Part shown: piece after piece, positions 57,407-64,000 of the stretch
How the letters are laid out: each line of letters opens with the position of its first letter
Position numbering within the stretch: position 1 is the first letter of the stretch
Source of the DNA: a virus
Taxonomy: Duplodnaviria > Caudoviricetes
Length of the DNA: 64,000 nt
Reading direction: 5' to 3' (one strand)
IMG/VR virus record: IMGVR_UViG_3300034065_000151
Coordinates: 64,001-128,000 of that record
Program-made: the position numbers and the translations under genes
The notes under the pieces: model-generated
Told to the model about the DNA's origin: nothing
Database searches by the model: none
Seen by the model: only the letters and a program-made list of their open reading frames with translations

Positions 57407-60277
57407 ATGAAAATTAATGGTAATCTAGTATTTAATAGCGACGCAACTGGTGAAATCCAGTATGCTTTCTTAGACAGACTTAGTGCTGCACCGACATTTA
57501 ATGCAGCTGAAGCTGGTCGTATTTACTACGATACAACTGCTAAGCTTTATTATTTCAATGACTCTACTGCTTGGGTTGCGATCGCAACTGGTGGTAATGC
57601 GACTGCACTTCAAACTGAAGTTAATGCAATCGAAACATCTTTAGGTACAATCGTTAATTCTGATGGTACATATAATGGTGGTAATGCTCTTTCAGGCGTT
57701 CCATTCATTTCAGCGGCAACCTCAGTTACTGATGCTTTAACAATCCTTGCTACTGAAGCACAAGGTAAAGTTGATCTTTCAGAATTGAATGACGTTAGCC
57801 TTACAGCTCTTACTAATGGTCAATTCTTAGTATATAGTACAACAGATTCAAAATGGGAAAATAAAACCTTAGTATTAGCTGCTGTGACTGATGTTACTGC
57901 AACTGCTACTGAAGTTAATCAACTTTCCGGTGCTGTTGTAACTGCTGGTGATCTTAACAAACTTCATGCTGTAACTGCATCTGCTGCTGACCTTAATGTA
58001 AGTACTGGTCTTGCTGCAACTAATGTAACTTCAACTGAACTTGGTTATGTACATGGTGTTACTTCTGCAATTCAAACTCAATTAAATAACCAACAGCCAC
58101 TTAATGCTGGTCTTACTGATTTAGCTTCTTTAGCTAATGGTGTTGGTACTGGTCTTGTTGTTCAGACTGGTGTTAATACATTCTTAGATCGTTCACTTGT
58201 TGCTCCTTCAGATGGTTTCAGTATTACTGATCCTGATGGTGTTGCTGGTGCTCCAACCTTTGCATTGACAAATAATCTTTTAGCTCTTGCTGGTGTTTCT
58301 GCTAATGGTTTTGTTACCTATGTTGGTGGTAATGCTTTTGCAGAACGTTCAATTACTGGTACTGCTAATAACATCGTTGTTACAAATGGTGATGGTGTTG
58401 CTGGTTCTCCAACAATTAACCTTGCTGCAGTAACACAAGGTACTTCAGGTGCATTCTTAAAATTCGCTGTTGATAGTCTTGGTCGTGTTGTAAGTAACAC
58501 ACCTGTTACTACTGGTGATATTACTTCACTTGTTGATGCTACATACGTAAATGTTTCAGGCGATACAATGTCTGGTAATCTTGTTATGTCTAGTGGTTCA
58601 ACAGTAACTGGTTTACCTACTCCAGTTGGTGCTACTGATGCAGCTTCTAAAGCTTATGTTGATGCAGTTGCTTCTAACCTTAATATCAAAGGTTCTGTAC
58701 AATCAGCTTCAACTGTAAACATGCCTGCAACATATTCAAATGGTGCAAGTGGTGTTGGTGCTACTCTTACAAACACAGGTACTCTTGCTGCATTGATGCT
58801 TGATGGTGTTGCTGCTACTGTTGGTGAACGCGTTCTTGTTAAAAATCAAACTACCGCTGTACAAAACGGTGTCTATACTGTAACAACAGTTGGTTCTGGT
58901 TCAGTTGCTTGGGTTCTTACTCGTGCTCCTGATTCTGATAATAGTATTAACAATGCTGTAACTCCAGGTGATTTCGTATTCGTATCACAAGGTTCTACAC
59001 AAGCAAATACTGGTTGGACTGAAACTGCAGTTGGTACTGGTTCTAATGGTGATATCGTTCTTGGTACTGATGTTATCCACTTTACACAATTCTCTGGTGC
59101 TGGTACATACACTGCTGGTGATGGTCTTACACTTTCAGGTACTGTATTCTCAGTTGATTATGGTGCTGGTATTGGTTCACTTCCATCAGGCGACGTAGGT
59201 ATTGATCTTTACAGTTCAGTTGGTGCATTGCTTCTTACTACTGATGGTTCTACACAGAATCCAGTTGTTGGTTCTATGTTGGCACTTTTACTTAAATCAG
59301 CTGGCGGTCTTACACAAGATACAACTGGTCTTTACATTCCAACTGCCGGTGTTTCAAATGCAATGCTTGCAAATAGCATAATCACTTTAGACGTTGATGG
59401 TGCTGGTACTAGTACTGTTGCTCTTGGTGGTACATTGACTATTCTTGGTACAGCTGCTCAAGGTATTTCTACTTCGATTGCTGGTTCAACAATCACTATT
59501 AATGCTGCTAATGCTTCAACCTCTAATAAAGGTGTTGCAAGTTTTGATGGTTCAGTATTCACTGTAACAACTGGTAATGTAACTGTTTCAGCTGGTGGTA
59601 TTACTAATGCCATGCTTGCAAATAGCACAATCGCTTTCTCTGGTACAACTGGTGGTACACAAACTATAGCTCTTGGTGGTACACCATTGTCTATCGTTGG
59701 TGGTTCTTCTCCAGTAACTACTGTTTCATCTGCTGGCGTATTAACAATTAATGTTGCTTCAGCTACTGTTTCAACTCTTGGTCTTGCAAGTTTCGCAAGT
59801 ACATACTTTGCAGTTACTGCAGGTGCTGTATCTCTTGCAACAACTTTCGGTGCTGGTGGTATCACAAATGTTAATTCAACTGTTGATTCTGCTGCTGCTA
59901 ATGACTTGTTAACATTTGAGTCTGGTAAATGGGTTAATAATACTCGTGCTGCAGTATTTGGTACACAATCAGTTGGTTCATTATCTGATGTTACTACTAC
60001 TGGTGTTGCTTCTGGCGATACATTGGTATGGAATGCTTCAACTTCTAAGTTCGCTGCAATCCCAACCTACTTCTTGTACTCTGCTGGTTCAGCTTTAACA
60101 AGCCACACAGTTTCACACAGTTTAGGTCAAAAGTATTGTAACGTAACAGTTGTTGATGGTTCAGATGAAGTTGTTATCCCACAATCAATTACTTTCGTAG
60201 ATGCTAATACATTAACAGTAACCTTTACATCAGCATTACAATGTAAAGTTGTTGTAATGGGTGTTGCTCAAGCCTAA
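57407..60277 (+). CDS. Long fibre protein (956 aa)
   Basis: G/A/T/S/V-rich; LSEL.DV, VD..GRV, DAASKAYVD and GERVLVKNQT..QNGVY fibre modules; strongly biased codon usage. Confidence 0.8.
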   Translation: MKINGNLVFNSDATGEIQYAFLDRLSAAPTFNAAEAGRIYYDTTAKLYYFNDSTAWVAIATGGNATALQTEVNAIETSLGTIVNSDGTYNGGNALSGVPFISAATSVTDALTILATEAQGKVDLSELNDVSLTALTNGQFLVYSTTDSKWENKTLVLAAVTDVTATATEVNQLSGAVVTAGDLNKLHAVTASAADLNVSTGLAATNVTSTELGYVHGVTSAIQTQLNNQQPLNAGLTDLASLANGVGTGLVVQTGVNTFLDRSLVAPSDGFSITDPDGVAGAPTFALTNNLLALAGVSANGFVTYVGGNAFAERSITGTANNIVVTNGDGVAGSPTINLAAVTQGTSGAFLKFAVDSLGRVVSNTPVTTGDITSLVDATYVNVSGDTMSGNLVMSSGSTVTGLPTPVGATDAASKAYVDAVASNLNIKGSVQSASTVNMPATYSNGASGVGATLTNTGTLAALMLDGVAATVGERVLVKNQTTAVQNGVYTVTTVGSGSVAWVLTRAPDSDNSINNAVTPGDFVFVSQGSTQANTGWTETAVGTGSNGDIVLGTDVIHFTQFSGAGTYTAGDGLTLSGTVFSVDYGAGIGSLPSGDVGIDLYSSVGALLLTTDGSTQNPVVGSMLALLLKSAGGLTQDTTGLYIPTAGVSNAMLANSIITLDVDGAGTSTVALGGTLTILGTAAQGISTSIAGSTITINAANASTSNKGVASFDGSVFTVTTGNVTVSAGGITNAMLANSTIAFSGTTGGTQTIALGGTPLSIVGGSSPVTTVSSAGVLTINVASATVSTLGLASFASTYFAVTAGAVSLATTFGAGGITNVNSTVDSAAANDLLTFESGKWVNNTRAAVFGTQSVGSLSDVTTTGVASGDTLVWNASTSKFAAIPTYFLYSAGSALTSHTVSHSLGQKYCNVTVVDGSDEVVIPQSITFVDANTLTVTFTSALQCKVVVMGVAQA

Positions 60278-60294
60278 TAGTAATATGCTTTAAT

Positions 60295-60326
60295 AAAGGG
60301 GGATTCTTCGGAATTCCCTTTTTATT
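60295..60326 (+). terminator. Intrinsic terminator after the fibre gene
   Basis: aaagggggattc-ttcg-gaattccctttttatt. Confidence 0.8.
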
Positions 60327-60385
60327 TGCCGTTTTTGATAAATACCTATAACTAATTCATTCAGTTTACTTCGAGAGGTTATAAA

Positions 60386-60988
60386 ATGAAATTCTATGGT
60401 TCCGCTGATCTACAGCAAAATCTTTTAATCGATGCCGTATTACCGTTAGATACTTATTTTCCTGTATCTCCTGTCGTAGGACAACTTGCATTTACAAACA
60501 GTATTCTTTATATTTGTGTTGCTGTCACAAATAGTTTACCAGTTTGGGTCCCGCTAACACAGCAGCTTACCGCATTTACCTATATACAAAGCTCACCATC
60601 TGCATCTTGGACAATTAATCACCCATTAAATAGTTCAAATTTACAAGTACAAGTCTTTGATACTAACAATATGTTAGTCATTCCGGATTCAGCTACAATC
60701 AATAATCCTGGACAAATTACTGTTGGTTTTGCCAATAACTTCCAAGGTTCAGCAGTTCTTTTAACTGGTGTCACTGAAGGTTTACCAGCACCAACATATG
60801 CATATGAATTCTATCAAACCACTCCAGCAACCACCTGGACAATTAATCATGGCTTGGGTCGTTATCCAATGGTACGTGTATTCATTGGTTTCGAAGAAGT
60901 TCAACCTGCTTCAGTTGTGTTTACCAGTTTGAATACTGTTACATTGACATTTACTACTGCACAAGTAGGTCAAGCAAAACTTATATAA
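60386..60988 (+). CDS. Fibre-associated protein with two W.I.H domains
   Basis: N-terminus resembles that of 57407; two domain copies; GATAAATA upstream. Confidence 0.65.
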   Translation: MKFYGSADLQQNLLIDAVLPLDTYFPVSPVVGQLAFTNSILYICVAVTNSLPVWVPLTQQLTAFTYIQSSPSASWTINHPLNSSNLQVQVFDTNNMLVIPDSATINNPGQITVGFANNFQGSAVLLTGVTEGLPAPTYAYEFYQTTPATTWTINHGLGRYPMVRVFIGFEEVQPASVVFTSLNTVTLTFTTAQVGQAKLI

Positions 60989-60998
60989 TAGGATTTAT

Positions 60999-61238
60999 AT
61001 GCCAAGAGTTATACCGGCCGTTTTCAGATTTACCCAAGCAACACCATCAGCTACTTGGAATATTCAACATAATTTAGGTAGTAATGGTAGTAAAGGTGTT
61101 CCTATTGTAGATACCTTTATTAATGTTGCTGGTGTTCCAACAAAGATTATTCCTGCTAGTGTTCATATGGTTGATGCTAATAATATTACTATTCTTTTTA
61201 GTGTAGCACGAACAGGTTTTGCAGTTATAACAGCTTAA
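60999..61238 (+). CDS. Single W.I.H-domain protein
   Basis: FTQATPSATWNIQHNLG...IIPASV..VDANNITILFS. Confidence 0.7.
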   Translation: MPRVIPAVFRFTQATPSATWNIQHNLGSNGSKGVPIVDTFINVAGVPTKIIPASVHMVDANNITILFSVARTGFAVITA

Positions 61239-61247
61239 GAGGATAAT

Positions 61248-61472
61248 ATGGCAGGTATTAATTTTTTATCAGTAACACAAAGTACTCCATCAACTGCTTG
61301 GGCTATTCAACATAATATGGGTTCTATGCCATCTGTTGATACTAATGTTTATGATAGTTATGGAGTATTACAAAAAGCATTTCCATTATCAGTCACACAA
61401 ATTGATGCAAATAATATTCTTATTACTTGGTCAACTCCATTTGCAGGATTTGCCACTTTAACAACAGTATAA
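61248..61472 (+). CDS. Single W.I.H-domain protein
   Basis: VTQSTPSTAWAIQHNMG...FPLSV..IDANNILITWS. Confidence 0.7.
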   Translation: MAGINFLSVTQSTPSTAWAIQHNMGSMPSVDTNVYDSYGVLQKAFPLSVTQIDANNILITWSTPFAGFATLTTV

Positions 61473-61508
61473 AACATATAAATAATATATCACATAGAGG
61501 AGATTAGC

Positions 61509-61949
61509 ATGGCAGTTACAGATTTAATTCCCGGAGTAGAAGAAGTAAGAATGGTTATAGCTGGTATAGTTTTACTTGCTGTACTTGGTGGTATTGGTTA
61601 TGTTTGGTGGACTCATGAAGAACTGTCCGCACTTAGAACTGCCAATGCAACATTAACTTCTAATAACAAAATATTACAAGAAAACAATGATGTCATTAAA
61701 AATAACTTCAATGTTTGTACTAATGCCAATGTAACAAATCAGGCAACTGTACAAAGTTTTCTTAAAGAACGTGAAAGTTCACAGATAGCAATTACTTCAT
61801 TAGCCCAACAAAAGAAAGCTGGTGATGCTATAATTGGAAATCTCCAACAGAAACTTTCTGCTATGGAAAAGGATCCAGCTAATAATGGTGTTTTAGCACC
61901 TGACCTACGTGAGACAATCCGTGGTATCCAAGCAGCAAGGAGCAAATAA
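61509..61949 (+). CDS. Inner-membrane spanin (Rz-like)
   Basis: N-terminal TM helix plus coiled coil; coupled to a lipoprotein gene; TATAAATA at 61477-61484. Confidence 0.75.
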   Translation: MAVTDLIPGVEEVRMVIAGIVLLAVLGGIGYVWWTHEELSALRTANATLTSNNKILQENNDVIKNNFNVCTNANVTNQATVQSFLKERESSQIAITSLAQQKKAGDAIIGNLQQKLSAMEKDPANNGVLAPDLRETIRGIQAARSK

Positions 61950-62353
61950 TGAAAAAAATAATTATGATATTATGTACAGCTATACTATGTGCATGTAATC
62001 CAGTTAAACCAGTTCCTTTAGCATTGCCTGTTATTAAACAAACACAATATGTAATTAAGATTCCACCTGCCGAATTGATGACCTTACCAGCTAAGGTTCC
62101 TGATATTAATGTCGATACTGCTTTACAAGCTGAAGTAGCACAGTGGGTTATTAATAATGAAAAGTATACAACACAATGTACAAATCAGTTAAAGGATATT
62201 GCCACATTCTTTGTTACCCAACAGAACCAATTAAATGATACAGCTGCTGCACAGAATGCTCAACAAAAACAAGCCGCTCAAGATTCATACAATAGTGAAG
62301 CTGAAAAAGCTGCAGAGAAAACTGTTAATCTTAATGCCCAACCGGTAAAATAA
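61949..62353 (+). CDS. Outer-membrane spanin lipoprotein (Rz1-like)
   Basis: Signal peptide with LCAC lipobox, Pro-rich segment, PPAELM. Confidence 0.75.
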   Translation: MKKIIMILCTAILCACNPVKPVPLALPVIKQTQYVIKIPPAELMTLPAKVPDINVDTALQAEVAQWVINNEKYTTQCTNQLKDIATFFVTQQNQLNDTAAAQNAQQKQAAQDSYNSEAEKAAEKTVNLNAQPVK

Positions 62354-62354
62354 A

Positions 62355-63992
62355 ATGTCATGTAATTGTGTCAAGCCAGTAGTAACTCCTTTATGGACAC
62401 CAATCCCTGCTTATCGTGCACCAACGGCAATTCAGCCAGGTGAAAATATAGACTGCTATATGCAACGAGCAGGGAATACTTCTGGTTTAATGAATGACTC
62501 TGGTGCAAAAGTTCCCAACTTAATCAACAATACCACACTCACTTCCGATTTAAATTTGGCAGTTAATACAACTTTCACATTGACACCGGGCTCGGATAGA
62601 ACACCAACATCATGGACAATTAATGTTAATGGTGTAGATGGTTTGGCTCCCTTAACTGAATTACATTTTGATACAACTGCAGGTACCTTATCTGGTACTG
62701 TCTCTGATACAAATACAAATACAAATCAATCCTATGCTGTTTTAATAACCGCGCTCGATGGAACTGGTGAAATTGATTCCCGTTCCTTTAACTTCTTTCC
62801 CAAGAAAGCAGCTAAGGGTGATGCAATAACTTTCATTATTCCACTGGATGGTAATGTACATTGTACAAGTCCATTTGGTCCACGTAATCCACCAGCAGCC
62901 GGTGCATCAAGTATTCATCATGGTATGGATTTTGCTCGAGTAGATCATTCAATTGGAAATATATTAGCATCAGCAGATGGTACAGTTGTCCGCTGTGGAC
63001 CTGGAACAGGTTGGGGTAATATTATTTTCATCAATCACTATAATGATCAGGGAACATTAATTTGTGCAACAGGTTATGCACACTGGTCAACTTCTTATGT
63101 GAAGGTCGGTGATAAGGTTTCTCAGGGACAGAAGATTGCTCTTGAGGGGAATGTTGGTATTGGTTCAGGTGCCCACCTTCATTTTGAAATGCATAAAGGT
63201 GGATTTAAAAATCCGGTTGATCCAGCTCCATATCTTCAGGGTGCTTTATCTATTGCGAATGATAATTCAGATACACAGGTTGGACCTGATGGTACTGCTT
63301 TACCAACAAGTTTTGTGTCACAAAATAATTCAAATGTGGGTATGACTTCAGCTGAAGCAAGTAATCCAAATTCAGGTTGTCCTTTAGTATTGCCAAGTGA
63401 TACAGGATTACCACCAGTTCCAGCAGGCAATCCACCTGCAGTTCCAGCAACTAATATAGCTAAAGTTAGATCATCTTGTGCTTTACCACCTGCACAGACA
63501 CCATCACCTGCAACAGTTATTGCTGCTATACAACAGGCTTGTACTGAAGCTGGATATCCAGTGGGTTCCGCAGATGCAACATTTATACAAACTGTGGCTA
63601 CTATTGAGAGCGGATTGGATCCATATGCTAAGAATCCAACCACAACTTGCACTGGTTTATACCAAATGACCGATGCCTTAGCAGTTGTGATGTTTGGGAA
63701 GATTGGGATAAGTCCAACCTGTGAGAATAGATGTGATCCATATCTTGCAACAAAAGCAATGATACAGTGGTATCAATCAGAGTTTATTACATATTGGAAC
63801 ACTTGGATATCTTCAGGTAAGACACAAATTAAAACAAATGCACCATTGACTCCAACTCCTTGGTCAGCACAGTATGCTAACTTTACACAAGGGGAATTCC
63901 TATATGGATTGATTCACCATGATGGAGTTGGTAATGCAAATGCCGGCAAAGACTTAGGTGGTGTTGCTTATTGGCGTAAGGTTACTACTTAA
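62355..63992 (+). CDS. Peptidoglycan hydrolase: Ig-like + M23 peptidase + lytic-transglycosylase-like domains
   Basis: FD...GTLSGT (Ig-like); H.GMD and HLHFE (M23); IESG.DP.AKNP...TGLYQ (SLT-like). Confidence 0.85.
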   Translation: MSCNCVKPVVTPLWTPIPAYRAPTAIQPGENIDCYMQRAGNTSGLMNDSGAKVPNLINNTTLTSDLNLAVNTTFTLTPGSDRTPTSWTINVNGVDGLAPLTELHFDTTAGTLSGTVSDTNTNTNQSYAVLITALDGTGEIDSRSFNFFPKKAAKGDAITFIIPLDGNVHCTSPFGPRNPPAAGASSIHHGMDFARVDHSIGNILASADGTVVRCGPGTGWGNIIFINHYNDQGTLICATGYAHWSTSYVKVGDKVSQGQKIALEGNVGIGSGAHLHFEMHKGGFKNPVDPAPYLQGALSIANDNSDTQVGPDGTALPTSFVSQNNSNVGMTSAEASNPNSGCPLVLPSDTGLPPVPAGNPPAVPATNIAKVRSSCALPPAQTPSPATVIAAIQQACTEAGYPVGSADATFIQTVATIESGLDPYAKNPTTTCTGLYQMTDALAVVMFGKIGISPTCENRCDPYLATKAMIQWYQSEFITYWNTWISSGKTQIKTNAPLTPTPWSAQYANFTQGEFLYGLIHHDGVGNANAGKDLGGVAYWRKVTT

Positions 63993-64000
63993 TTATATAA

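Noticed and set aside
42983-63669. Many 60-140 aa alternate-frame and antisense ORFs inside structural genes
   Set aside because: No recognisable motifs; expected by-products of codon bias.
1-64000. Stop-codon reassignment prompted by the in-frame TAA at 7344
   Set aside because: Core genes are full-length in the standard code and end with TAA, TAG and TGA; only one interruption was seen.
1-64000. tRNA, rRNA, integrase or transposase genes
   Set aside because: None recognised; intergenic gaps are short and explained by promoters and terminators. tRNAscan and Infernal were not run.

Overview
AT-rich 64-kb segment of a large T4-related (jumbo-type) myovirus. The spanin pair implies a Gram-negative host. 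Layout: (i) 1-15.7 kb, minus strand: head and neck module (gp13-like neck with a long N-terminal extension, glycosyltransferase, major capsid, scaffold, small head proteins, prohead protease, portal, tape-measure-like protein). (ii) 15.8-16.8 kb: gp26/gp51-like pair. (iii) 16.9-27.4 kb, minus strand: pre-late block (PolA-like protein, deoxyribosyltransferase-like, DUF4326, resolvase, gp46/gp47, gp55 late sigma). (iv) 27.5-64 kb, plus strand: baseplate, fibre and lysis module, interrupted at 38.1-42.4 kb by an array of helical-repeat paralogs where GC skew inverts. The most notable observation is five small ORFs in the pre-late block that look like truncated or catalytically dead copies of head-packaging proteins: a portal clip peptide (missed by the ORF track), a terminase N-terminus, two terminase-ATPase-like domains and a prohead protease. 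This is a candidate decoy or dominant-negative system. Also notable: a reusable capsid-targeting-like N-terminal peptide, a 10-member repeat family, late promoters inside inverted repeats that can hide ribosome-binding sites, and a probable replication origin with orphan leftward promoters. All assignments come from motif recognition by eye; no database searches were run.
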